DNA of 64,000 bases from Bacteroidota bacterium (GCA_030682385.1 JAUXOG010000043.1:34473-98472), one strand, 5' to 3'; numbered from the stretch's first letter, positions 28,608 through 39,412 are shown. Notes: a model not told the origin generated them from the sequence alone. A program made the numbers and translations.

Positions 28608-28770
28608 GCCTAACGGACTGGAGCTAAGCTGCGTTGCAACGTTCCAGCGGGTTGATTAAAGTTTTAAATTTAAAATGCTGTTTCATAACGTAAGTTGTAT
28701 TTAGAAATCTCAACACTCAAAACTTTTGCGCGTCGGCGGTTGCAACGTCTGCTTGAGCGACTGGTTAGGT
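28608..28770 (-). mobile_element. attC site 2 (163 bp)
   Basis: On the minus strand: ACCTAAC CAGTCGCTCAAGCAGACGTTGCAAC ... GTTGCAACGCAGCTTAGCTCCAGTCC GTTAGGC. R''/R' fit consensus and the arms pair with extrahelical bases. Confidence 0.9.
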
Positions 28771-28774
28771 TGTT

Positions 28775-29383
28775 TTAGTAATTGAGAGGACCATACTGTG
28801 GATCATATATACCATAACCGAATACTTTGTTTTCTCTTAAATAAAATTCGACTTGATATTTTTTAAAAGAATAAACTCGAACTGTTCCATCTTTGGATTT
28901 TGTAATATCCGAAGGCTCACCAAAATAATCTTTTATACTTTTAAGATCATAACTGTGAAATTGACGATTAAGCAACTTTGGAGAGTCATAATCCCAAACC
29001 GAACAAGTATATATTATGGCGGATACTTTATCATTTTTGAAATACACTTCATAAAATATTTTTCGCCACGTATATTCTGTCTTATCATAAAACCAACTTG
29101 AGTTTATTTCATCATAAAAATGGTTGTCACCTTTGATAAACTTTACGTCCTCTTTTGAAGAGCCTAAGTTTATATCCCAAAATGTTGAAGCGAGCGTTGG
29201 GTATTGGAAATTTAAACTGGGAAGTATAAATTTATATATACCAAATCCTGATAAACCTAAAACGATAACAATAATTATCCATTTTGCTATTTTCTTCCAA
29301 TTCCATCGGTCTTTTGTAGAATTAAAAAGTAACACCAAACCGATAATTAAAGCTGACAAAAATATTGATAGACCAAGATTCAT
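28775..29383 (-). CDS. Hypothetical membrane-anchored protein (cassette 2)
   Basis: 202 aa with two N-terminal TM segments and an aromatic-rich soluble domain; bounded by attC sites. Confidence 0.8.
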   Translation of the reverse strand: MNLGLSIFLSALIIGLVLLFNSTKDRWNWKKIAKWIIIVIVLGLSGFGIYKFILPSLNFQYPTLASTFWDINLGSSKEDVKFIKGDNHFYDEINSSWFYDKTEYTWRKIFYEVYFKNDKVSAIIYTCSVWDYDSPKLLNRQFHSYDLKSIKDYFGEPSDITKSKDGTVRVYSFKKYQVEFYLRENKVFGYGIYDPQYGPLNY

Positions 29384-29404
29384 AAATTCCTCTTGTTCAA
29401 AACA

Positions 29405-29629
29405 ACCTAACGGCGTTGCGCCTAACCCGCCGCCCCAAGCAAGGAAGCCAAGCTAAAACGGAATGCCAAAGATTAAACAAACTGCACTTAACTTGCATCA
29501 GCAAGTGCAGTTTGTAAGTTAATTAATTAGAATGAACACTTAGAACAAAATGCCGAACAAAAACCAAACGCCAAAAATTATAAATTCGCCAAACCAAAAT
29601 GGCGGTCGGCGTTGAGGCGCTGGTTATAT
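29405..29629 (-). mobile_element. attC site 1 (225 bp, unusually long)
   Basis: On the minus strand: ATATAAC CAGCGCCTCAACGCCGACCGCC ... GGCGGCGGGTTAGGCGCAACGCC GTTAGGT. Long central spacer with an internal hairpin at 29477-29515. Confidence 0.82.
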
Positions 29630-29635
29630 GCGTTT

Positions 29636-30331
29636 TTATAATAGCCTTACGAACTCATTTGGTAAAGCAACTAATACCCATTCCGTAGAAATTTTATTAT
29701 CATTCAATACTTCAAATGTCCTAACACCGTTATCTAAGGAAACCAATTTTAAAATTATCTGATTCCATCCTTGCTTAAATATAACTTTGTTATACTGCGT
29801 AATAATTGTTCTTTCGTATTGAGGATACATTTGGTCTTTTAACAATACGGTCCATTTACCAGTTACTTCAGTCGATCGGTCGAAATAGTAATAATGAATT
29901 TGATAGTCACCAACAATCGAATTTATATCAAAACCATTTGTACTACCACATTGGATTGGGAAAGAAATTCTTTCATAATGTTCTAATGTAAGTGAAATAA
30001 ATTTTGCAGTAGTATCACTAAATTGAATACTATCTTTCATCTCAAAATAAATGCTATCCTCTCTTTCAACCTTTAAGTAATTATGAAGCACTTCACTTGG
30101 TGGATTTGGCAAATTTATTTTGAAACTTCCATTACTTAAAATCTTAGTATGTGCTAATAAATGTTCAACAGAGTCAATTGAGACTCTCCAGAGAATGCTA
30201 TCTCCATTTGCAGGATTCCAATTAATAAATTGACCGTTAATTTCATTTGGAGAATTGCTAATAGGATCTACCGACTTTTCCGTACATCCTATTAAAACGA
30301 CAAGAAGAATAAAAACTATTATTTTTTTCAT
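29636..30331 (-). CDS. Hypothetical lipoprotein (cassette 1)
   Basis: Likely start MKKIIVFILLVVLIG-C (lipobox) at 30331, inside the cassette boundary at 30348. Confidence 0.8.
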   Translation of the reverse strand: MKKIIVFILLVVLIGCTEKSVDPISNSPNEINGQFINWNPANGDSILWRVSIDSVEHLLAHTKILSNGSFKINLPNPPSEVLHNYLKVEREDSIYFEMKDSIQFSDTTAKFISLTLEHYERISFPIQCGSTNGFDINSIVGDYQIHYYYFDRSTEVTGKWTVLLKDQMYPQYERTIITQYNKVIFKQGWNQIILKLVSLDNGVRTFEVLNDNKISTEWVLVALPNEFVRLL

Positions 30332-30341
30332 AACATTAAGC

Positions 30342-30362
30342 ATATAACTATTAATTATACTG
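30342..30362 (-). other. attI-like recombination site B heading the cassette array
   Basis: CAGTATAATTAATAGTTATAT on the minus strand: an L-like GTATAAT, a 5-nt spacer, then the GTT core. No attC-type hairpin upstream; matches site A. Confidence 0.68.
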
Positions 30363-30524
30363 CCATATAGCGTGCTATCAAACAGGCAGCGTGTGTGATA
30401 GATTCCATATGTTTTATTGTTTTTATTTTGTTTTCCATAATTTGAGCGGGCTATCACTCATATCATTATAGGATGTTATCCAGCGGGCTTTTTACACCCA
30501 TCACTATCTTTAAAATTTGAATAT

Positions 30525-30553
30525 AATATAGAATTAAAATAATTCAAACTCAA
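30525..30553 (-). promoter_or_regulatory. sigma70-like Pc-type promoter facing the cassette array
   Basis: TTGAGT-N17-TATATT on the minus strand. Confidence 0.55.
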
Positions 30554-30657
30554 ATTAATAATCCATTACTCCATCCGCCTTAGGCGGATTCAATCTTTCA
30601 GTCTTTCAATCTTTCCATCACTCCAGAAGCAAAATGTTCTCTCAACTACTCATCTAC

Positions 30658-31821
30658 TTATTTTAGCAACTCTCTCGATATCACCAACTTCTGTATTTCA
30701 GAAGTCCCTTCGCCGATTGTTACAAGTTTAACATCGCGGTAAAATTTTTCGACAGGGTAGTCTTTTATAAATCCGTAACCACCGTGAATCTGGATCGCTT
30801 CGTTCGTTACCATAACTGCAACCTCAGACGCATAATACTTTGCCATTGAGGATTCTTTTATAACTTCTTCGCCTTTGTTTTTCAAATAAGCAGCTTTATA
30901 AGTTAATAGTCGAGCTGCCTCAATTTGTGTTACCATCTCGGAAAGTTTCCATTGAATCGCTTGAAACTCTGAAATCGGTTTTCCGAATTGCTGTCGTTCT
31001 TTCGAGTATTTCAAACTTGCCTCGAATGCGCCTTGTGCAATTCCAAGTGCGTTTGCGGCGATGCTGATTCGTCCGCCATCTAAGATAGTTAAAGCTTGAT
31101 GGAATCCTTTGCCTTCTTCGCCGATTAAGTTCTCTATCGGAATTGCACAATTGTCGAATGCAATCGCAGCCGTATCGCTCGAGCGCATACCTAATTTATT
31201 CTCTTTTTTGCTTACGATAAATCCGGGCGTATCGTTTTCCACGATGAATGCAGAGATGCCCTTCTTACCTTTCGACTTGTCGGTTATCGCAAGCACCACG
31301 GTTACTTTTCCAACTGAACCATGAGTGATAAAATTTTTACTGCCGTTGAGTATGTAAGAATTTCCGTTGCGCATTGCTGTCGTTTTCATACTTCCGGCGT
31401 CGCTGCCTGATGAAGGTTCGGTAAGTGCCCAGGCGCCTATCTTTTTACCGGTTGTTAAATCGGGTAAATATTTTTTCTTTTGTTGTTCGTTGCCGAATGT
31501 GTAAATATGGTTTGTGCATAAGCTGTTGTGTGCGGCAATTACTAATCCCATTGATGGATCGGCTTTGGAAATTTCCTCAATAATGGTAACATATTCAAGA
31601 TAGCTGAAACCCGCACCACCATATTCTTCAGGAAATATAACACCCAAGAATCCTAATTCGCTCATCTTCCGGACGATATCGAAAGGAAACTCCTGCGATT
31701 CGTCGTACTTCATAATAACGGGTTTAATTTCTTTTTCTCCAAAATCACGTGCAAGCTGTTGAACCATTCTCTGGTTTTCAGTCATCTCGAATGTCGGTAT
31801 TGTTTGTTCGGTTGAATTCAT
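30658..31821 (-). CDS. Acyl-CoA dehydrogenase (short/branched-chain type)
   Basis: [45 protein letters not shown] and IGEGTSEIQ. Confidence 0.96.
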   Translation of the reverse strand: MNSTEQTIPTFEMTENQRMVQQLARDFGEKEIKPVIMKYDESQEFPFDIVRKMSELGFLGVIFPEEYGGAGFSYLEYVTIIEEISKADPSMGLVIAAHNSLCTNHIYTFGNEQQKKKYLPDLTTGKKIGAWALTEPSSGSDAGSMKTTAMRNGNSYILNGSKNFITHGSVGKVTVVLAITDKSKGKKGISAFIVENDTPGFIVSKKENKLGMRSSDTAAIAFDNCAIPIENLIGEEGKGFHQALTILDGGRISIAANALGIAQGAFEASLKYSKERQQFGKPISEFQAIQWKLSEMVTQIEAARLLTYKAAYLKNKGEEVIKESSMAKYYASEVAVMVTNEAIQIHGGYGFIKDYPVEKFYRDVKLVTIGEGTSEIQKLVISRELLK

Positions 31822-31859
31822 ACGCGTTATTCCTTTTAGTATAGTTTGAATTTATATGA

Positions 31860-32807
31860 TTATTTCGTAAAATCCTGTAATAACTTTTCTGCTAAGTCGT
31901 AAGGTGTTGAATCTTTACGAATTACATTTTCTATATTCAATAACAAATATTTTTCGCGAGCTTCATTCCAGAATTCTATGTGAAGTTTTTCTTTCACGAG
32001 TTCGTGAATGCGGTTTACCATTCGTTTTTGTCTTTTCCCTTTTAGTCCAGATGAATCCTCCAAATATTTTCTATGATGAGAAATGGTTTCTTCAATCTTA
32101 TCAATCCCTTTTCCTTCGCTCGCAACGGTTTGAATAACATCCGGCTGCCAGCCATCTTTTTTAGTTTTGAAATTTAATATCATCTTTATAGACATCACTG
32201 CCTGATCGGCTCCCGCACGGTCGGACTTGTTCAGCACAAAGAAGTCGGCAATTTCCATCAGACCGGCTTTCATTGCCTGGATTGAATCGCCGGATTCGGG
32301 GACAAGCACAACGATAGTTGTATCGGTAGCTCCTGCAATATCAAGCTCCGATTGCCCGACGCCAACAGTTTCCATCAAAATTATATCAAAACCCGCAGCG
32401 TCTAAAATATCAGCAGCTTCGATTGCTTTTTTGCTTAATCCACCAAGACTTCCGCGCGAAGCCATACTGCGAATGAAAACACCTTCGTCCAAATCAATAT
32501 CAGTCATACGAACCCGATCGCCAAGCAGCGCACCACCTGTAAACGGACTGGTCGGGTCAACTGCGATGACTCCTACTTTTAATCCTTGCTTGCGATATGC
32601 GGCGGCTAACTTATTTGTGATTGTGCTTTTGCCGGCGCCCGGAGGACCGGTTATTCCTATACGGTATGCAACACCGGTTTTATGATAGATTTCTTCCAAC
32701 AGCAACCGTGAGTTTTGATGTTCGTTCTCGACCATCGAGATTCCGCGCGCAATTGCAACACGATTGCCCGAGAGGATTTGGTTACTTATGTTTGATAGAT
32801 GATTCAT
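31860..32807 (-). CDS. meaB: Methylmalonyl-CoA mutase-associated GTPase
   Basis: GITGPPGAGKST, AVDPTSPFTGGALLGDRVRM, ETVGVGQSE and NKSD. Confidence 0.95.
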   Translation of the reverse strand: MNHLSNISNQILSGNRVAIARGISMVENEHQNSRLLLEEIYHKTGVAYRIGITGPPGAGKSTITNKLAAAYRKQGLKVGVIAVDPTSPFTGGALLGDRVRMTDIDLDEGVFIRSMASRGSLGGLSKKAIEAADILDAAGFDIILMETVGVGQSELDIAGATDTTIVVLVPESGDSIQAMKAGLMEIADFFVLNKSDRAGADQAVMSIKMILNFKTKKDGWQPDVIQTVASEGKGIDKIEETISHHRKYLEDSSGLKGKRQKRMVNRIHELVKEKLHIEFWNEAREKYLLLNIENVIRKDSTPYDLAEKLLQDFTK

Positions 32808-33732
32808 TATAAATTAACTTGTCTTTAAAAAATTCTACAGTTAAATTCAAACCTTCTTCAATCTTATACTTAGGTTCCCATGTTAATTCTTCTTCAATTT
32901 TTCTTGTATCTAAAACGCTTCTGAGCTGCTCACCTTTCTTTGCTGGTGCGTGTAACTCGTCGCAGTTTGAATTTGTAAGTTTTTTGATTTCGTTAAACAA
33001 TAAATTAACATCTGTCTCAATGCCGGTTCCGATATTGAAAATATCCGATTTGCCATATTCTAACGCGAGTAAGTTTGCACGTACTACGTCGCTGACAAAA
33101 ACATAATCGCGTGTTTGCTTGCCGTCGCCGTTAATTTGCGGCTGACCGCCTTCTAACATTTTTTTAGCAAATATTGCAATAACGCCTGCTTCACCGTGCG
33201 GGTTTTGGCGCGGTCCATACACATTCGCATAACGCAGGACGACATAGGGCAATCCGAAAACTTGTTCATAATAGAACAGGTATTTTTCAGTTGCTAATTT
33301 TGTTATTCCATAAGGCGAAAGGGGACGAACAGGGTGGTTCTCGTCAGCGGGGAAGTAGTCCTGTTCACCGTAAATCGCGCCGCCTGTTGAAGCAAATATG
33401 AATTTCTTTACATCAAACTTTTTGCAGTTTTCTAATAAATTCAATACACCGACCACATTAACAGATGCATCGAACATCGGGTCATCTACAGATTTACGCA
33501 CATCCATTTGTGCAGCGTGATGATTAACGATATCAAACTTCTCCTGCTCAAAAATATCTTTTACTTTATCATCACGAATATCGAGTTGGTAAAATTTTGC
33601 TTTCGGGTTGATATTTTCTTTCACTCCCATCGATAAATTGTCGATTATAACAACCGAATGATCGGCATTTATGTAAGCATCTGTTACGTGGGATGCGATG
33701 AAACCCGCACCACCTGTTACTAAGATTTTCAA
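32782..33732 (-). CDS. NAD-dependent epimerase/dehydratase (UDP-glucose 4-epimerase-like)
   Basis: VTGGAGFI, SPYGITK (YxxxK), NVYGPRQ and GDGKQTRDYV. Confidence 0.92.
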   Translation of the reverse strand: MKILVTGGAGFIASHVTDAYINADHSVVIIDNLSMGVKENINPKAKFYQLDIRDDKVKDIFEQEKFDIVNHHAAQMDVRKSVDDPMFDASVNVVGVLNLLENCKKFDVKKFIFASTGGAIYGEQDYFPADENHPVRPLSPYGITKLATEKYLFYYEQVFGLPYVVLRYANVYGPRQNPHGEAGVIAIFAKKMLEGGQPQINGDGKQTRDYVFVSDVVRANLLALEYGKSDIFNIGTGIETDVNLLFNEIKKLTNSNCDELHAPAKKGEQLRSVLDTRKIEEELTWEPKYKIEEGLNLTVEFFKDKLIYNESSIKHK

Positions 33733-33765
33733 AATTATTATCCTTTCTTATAAATCTATTTATTT

Positions 33766-33890
33766 GTGCCAAAGGCACATCAGCCTTCGGTTGACATTTA
33801 TCCAACGATTCAATGACTCCAACGACTCTAATGACTCTATGACTCAATCATCCAATACTCCAATACTCCATCATTCCATTATTCCAATTG
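33766..33890. repeat. Mini-palindrome followed by 9-mer and 8-mer imperfect tandem repeats
   Basis: GTGCCAAAGGCAC; (AAYGACTCY)n; (TCCAATAC/TCCATYAT)n in the purD-epimerase spacer. Confidence 0.75.
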
Positions 33891-33906
33891 TCAAATATTC
33901 ACTTCC

Positions 33907-35184
33907 TCATCTGCTTAACGCCTTCTTCCCAATATCACTCCGGTAATATGCGCCGTCGAAAGTAATTTTTTCAACAACACGATAGGCGCTGTGAATTGTT
34001 TCTTCAAAATCATACGAATTACCGAGAGCAGTAATCCCGAGAACTCTTCCGCCGGCTGTAACAATAGCATCATTTTCAAATATAGTTCCTGAATGAAAAA
34101 TCAAAACGTTATCACTGATCTTATCAAAACCGGTTATCGGTTTACCCACTTCGTAAGAATCAGGATAGCCGCGGGATGACATTACAACACACACAGTTGA
34201 AATCGGTTTTATTCTCAATTCTATCGTACCGATTTTATTGTTAATTGAAGCAAGCATCAATTCGACGAGGTCGGTTTCGATTAGCGGAAGCACAACCTGA
34301 GTTTCAGGATCACCGAAGCGGCAGTTGTATTCAACCACGCGAGGTCCGGTTTCTGTAAGCATCAAACCAAAATATAAACACCCTTTGAATGGTCTCCCTT
34401 CTTTTTTCATTCCATAAATTGTTGGCTCAATGATAGTGCGTTTAATTTCATCAAGTATGCTTTCGTCGGCAAACGGAGTTGGTGCATAGGCGCCCATACC
34501 ACCTGTGTTTTTACCGAGGTCGCCGTCTAAAATTTTTTTATAATCCTGTGCGGGTGGAAGTATTACGAAATCCGTTCCATCAGTAATTGTTAGTATCGAA
34601 AGTTCTTCGCCGGTCATAAAATCTTCGATAACTATTTTTTCACCAGCAGTTCCCAAGATCTTTTTTGTAAATAAAGCGTCCAGAATATCCAACGCCGCAT
34701 CTTTAGTTTCGCAAATCGTAACACCTTTACCCGCTGCTAATCCATCGGCTTTAACGACGATAGGCACAGGTGTTTCGTTAATATAGCGTTCGGCTTCAAA
34801 ACGATTTTCGATGCTGAACGATTTGAAGTTTGCGGTTGGAATATTGTTCCCCACCATAAATTCTTTTGCGAACGTTTTGCTGCCTTCAATTTCGGCGGCT
34901 GATTTTGATGGTCCGAAGATTTTCAAACCAACTGCTTCAAACTCATCGACAACACCGTCAATAAGTGGTTGCTCAGGACCCACAACAGTGAAATCTATTT
35001 TGTTATCTTTTACAAACTTGATAAGTGAATCGAAGTCGTTCGGTTTGATAGGAACTAACTCAGCTATCTCGCCGATGCCCGCATTGCCGGGGGCACAATA
35101 TATTTTGGTAACCAGCGGACTTTGCCTGATTTTCCAAACCAATGCGTGCTCGCGTCCGCCCGAACCTATGACTAATACTTTCAT
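33907..35184 (-). CDS. purD: Phosphoribosylamine--glycine ligase
   Basis: GSGGREHAL, VKADGLAAGKGV, NTGGMGAY and EYNCRFGDPETQ. Confidence 0.98.
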   Translation of the reverse strand: MKVLVIGSGGREHALVWKIRQSPLVTKIYCAPGNAGIGEIAELVPIKPNDFDSLIKFVKDNKIDFTVVGPEQPLIDGVVDEFEAVGLKIFGPSKSAAEIEGSKTFAKEFMVGNNIPTANFKSFSIENRFEAERYINETPVPIVVKADGLAAGKGVTICETKDAALDILDALFTKKILGTAGEKIVIEDFMTGEELSILTITDGTDFVILPPAQDYKKILDGDLGKNTGGMGAYAPTPFADESILDEIKRTIIEPTIYGMKKEGRPFKGCLYFGLMLTETGPRVVEYNCRFGDPETQVVLPLIETDLVELMLASINNKIGTIELRIKPISTVCVVMSSRGYPDSYEVGKPITGFDKISDNVLIFHSGTIFENDAIVTAGGRVLGITALGNSYDFEETIHSAYRVVEKITFDGAYYRSDIGKKALSR

Positions 35185-36474
35185 CTACACTTCCGTTAAA
35201 AAGCCAAAAATATTGGCAAGTTGATTTGTTAAATTAATACGGTTGTAAAAATTTACTTTCTCTTCATCTGGAGAAAACTTCTCACCCTTTTCAAATTTGA
35301 TATAAAATTTTTTTAACGCTTCAGCAGTGGCATTCACATCTTGCGGGGGAAGTACAACATTTCCATCGAGTTCTAAAATGGTTTGTTGGATGAATCCATC
35401 GGGAACATTAGCGAGAATCGGTTTACGTGCACCTATGTATTCGTAAACTTTTCCAGGTGATTGTGTGTCGTTATCCAGCATCAGCCAGAATAAATCGCTC
35501 GACATCAGGTATTGCACACACTTGTTATGTTCGAGGTAACCGAGAGTCGTAACTACATTTCCCAAATTATATTTGTCTATCAGTTTTTTATCTTCATCGC
35601 GGAAGTTGCCGATGAAAAACACTTCGAAACGATTTTGAAGCTGCGGATTTTCTTTAATCAGTTTTTGAAGTGCGAGAAAAAAATAATTTGGAGTCCGCTC
35701 GCCGTAGAAAACACCAGCGTGAGTGATTCGCATTTTATTGGAAGGTGAACGGGGGGCGGGTTTGTTCTTCTCAAAATCTTCTGGGTCGAATCCTTGCGGA
35801 ATTATATCAACGTCTTTGTAGTGCAAAAATTTATATCGCGCTAAAAGAAGTTCTTTAACTCTGCGATTTGTTGTAATTACTATTTTAGCGTTATGTAATA
35901 CTTCTTGTTCTAATTTATAATTCTTGTACTTGTGTAATGGTGTAGGATAAATTTTTAACGGATACTCGTGCCATACATCCCTGTAATCGAGTACGAGAGG
36001 GATTTTATATTTTTTTGATAATTCATGTCCGATAAGCAAGTCGGTATAAGGGGGAGAGGTTGCAAAAATAATATCGAATTTAGTTTTCTTGAATAATTCA
36101 TCGGCAGCTTTCAGAACATTCCGCTTCCATCCGATTTTGTTGTCGGGAATAAAAAAAACATCGCTGATAAAAGAAAATATTTTCCGAACACGTTCGGACG
36201 GCATTTTTACAATGCCTTTCTTTTTAAAAAACCTGTTTGGATCGAGAGAACCGACTCTCACAATTTCCGTGTTAGAATTTTTTAATTCTTCTAATAAAGA
36301 GTAATCCTGCGCAAAGTAGCCTGTTGGAGTAACGGTAATAACGGTTGGCTTCCAGCCGAACCTGTGCAAATATTTTACAAATTTTTGAGTTCGCTGAACA
36401 CCACTCAAACCCATAGGAGGGAAGTAGTAAGCGATTACGAGGACATTTCGTGAGTTTTGGGTTGTACTTAACAT
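35185..36474 (-). CDS. Glycosyltransferase family 4 protein
   Basis: IAYYFPP..SGVQR..KF, ATSPPY, DYRDVW and PGKVYEYI. Confidence 0.88.
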   Translation of the reverse strand: MLSTTQNSRNVLVIAYYFPPMGLSGVQRTQKFVKYLHRFGWKPTVITVTPTGYFAQDYSLLEELKNSNTEIVRVGSLDPNRFFKKKGIVKMPSERVRKIFSFISDVFFIPDNKIGWKRNVLKAADELFKKTKFDIIFATSPPYTDLLIGHELSKKYKIPLVLDYRDVWHEYPLKIYPTPLHKYKNYKLEQEVLHNAKIVITTNRRVKELLLARYKFLHYKDVDIIPQGFDPEDFEKNKPAPRSPSNKMRITHAGVFYGERTPNYFFLALQKLIKENPQLQNRFEVFFIGNFRDEDKKLIDKYNLGNVVTTLGYLEHNKCVQYLMSSDLFWLMLDNDTQSPGKVYEYIGARKPILANVPDGFIQQTILELDGNVVLPPQDVNATAEALKKFYIKFEKGEKFSPDEEKVNFYNRINLTNQLANIFGFLTEV

Positions 36475-37601
36475 TACAAAATAATCATTTCTTTAGTTGA
36501 CTGAGTAAGTATATTTGGATGCTGCTTATTCCGTTGCCGGCTAATTACGATAATATCTTCGATTCTGACGCCGCCAAAATTTGGGATGTAAATTCCCGGT
36601 TCGATTGTTACAACGGTGTCTGCTTTCAGGTTGCCGGGAGTTTTAACCGACAACCGTGGTGGCTCATGAATTTGTAGCCCAACTCCGTGGCCGAGCGAGT
36701 GTGTGAAATATTCGCTGTAGTCGGCATTAGTTATTGTGTTGCGTGCAACCGCGTCAAGTTCTTTGTAAGTTAATCCTTCGATTGCAGCTTCAATAGCATT
36801 TAATTGCGCCGATAAAACCGTTCGGTAGATTTTTACAGTATCCGATTTTGGCTCGCCCGATGGTCGAGCGGGCTTGCCAAGAAAGATTGTTCTTGTCATA
36901 TCGCTGTTGTAGCCATTCACTACGCAACCGATGTCGATAGTTATAATATCGCCTTTGCGTAATTTTTTTGAAGACGAGCGTGCGTGCGGAAAAGCCGAGT
37001 TTATTCCGCTGGCAACAATCGGTTCGAACGCATCGCGTTCTGCACCAAATTTTTTATGAAGATAAGTAATTTCGGCTGAAATATCTAATTCACGGATGCC
37101 AGGTTTTATTATGTTTAGAATTTTTGAAAAGACTTTATCGGATATTTCAACGGCTTTAGTTATCTGTTCTATTTCGTAAGCATCTTTGACGATTGCAACA
37201 TCTTCGATGAAGCCGGCTTTTGGAAGCACACGATTATTTGGGAATAATTTTTTTAAGTTTTGATATTGAGCAAATGTCAAGTTATTACCGTCGATGCCGA
37301 TGCGATAATTATTTGGAATTAAATTATTTTCAGCTATCGTTTCGAAAATATCGTTTTGAGAGGGAATGATTTTCCAACCGGATATTTCTTTTGCAGCTTG
37401 TTCGGTATATCGTTTATCGGTGATGAAGTATTTGGAATTATTGAAAATCAAACACAATCCAGCCGAACCAGAAAACCCGCTGATATAGCGGACGTGAGGA
37501 AGCGAGGTGATTAGAAAACAATCGAGTTTAAATTCGGAAAGACGGTTACGAATATTTTTTTGAATCGCTCTAAAGTGATCTGTTCTCGTTTTTGGTTGCA
37601 T
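36474..37601 (-). CDS. Xaa-Pro aminopeptidase (M24B)
   Basis: YISGFSGS, DIG...YNSDMTRT, HSLGHGVGLQIHE, TIEPGIY and GVRIED. Confidence 0.93.
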   Translation of the reverse strand: MQPKTRTDHFRAIQKNIRNRLSEFKLDCFLITSLPHVRYISGFSGSAGLCLIFNNSKYFITDKRYTEQAAKEISGWKIIPSQNDIFETIAENNLIPNNYRIGIDGNNLTFAQYQNLKKLFPNNRVLPKAGFIEDVAIVKDAYEIEQITKAVEISDKVFSKILNIIKPGIRELDISAEITYLHKKFGAERDAFEPIVASGINSAFPHARSSSKKLRKGDIITIDIGCVVNGYNSDMTRTIFLGKPARPSGEPKSDTVKIYRTVLSAQLNAIEAAIEGLTYKELDAVARNTITNADYSEYFTHSLGHGVGLQIHEPPRLSVKTPGNLKADTVVTIEPGIYIPNFGGVRIEDIIVISRQRNKQHPNILTQSTKEMIIL

Positions 37602-37602
37602 T

Positions 37603-39099
<1,497 letters not shown>

Positions 39100-39332
39100 T
39101 CATATTTAAAATCCGAATCTCAAAATCCTAAACAAATCTCAAATCATAAATACAAAATCTACTTCAAAATTTACCCCGTTGGATATTGTTTTTGTTTTGT
39201 ATTCGCTCATTGAATTTAATGCAGCAAAGTAGCGGGCATCACACAATTTACTGTTTGCCCCAAAAACCTTGAAATTTGTCATATTTTGCATATATATATA
39301 TTCAATAAAAAACATTTTTTAGATAAAAACCC

Positions 39333-39361
39333 TTGCATCAAAAAAAAGAAAAACTTATATT
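39333..39361 (+). promoter_or_regulatory. sigma70-like promoter
   Basis: TTGCAT-N17-TATATT about 50 nt upstream of the ATG at 39413. Confidence 0.5.
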
Positions 39362-39412
39362 ACAACTAAACTCATATAGTCGAACTAATTGGTAAATGCG
39401 AATTTAATAATT

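Noticed and set aside
30342-30362. dif (XerCD) site interpretation of the attI-like motif
   Set aside because: It does not match the XerD arm TTATGTTAAAT, and the cassette complementarity places the crossover at GTT as in integrons.
30332-30457. Extended N-terminus of the cassette 1 ORF in the ORF track
   Set aside because: It crosses the attI-like site and cassette boundary; the signal peptide and lipobox begin at the ATG at 30331.
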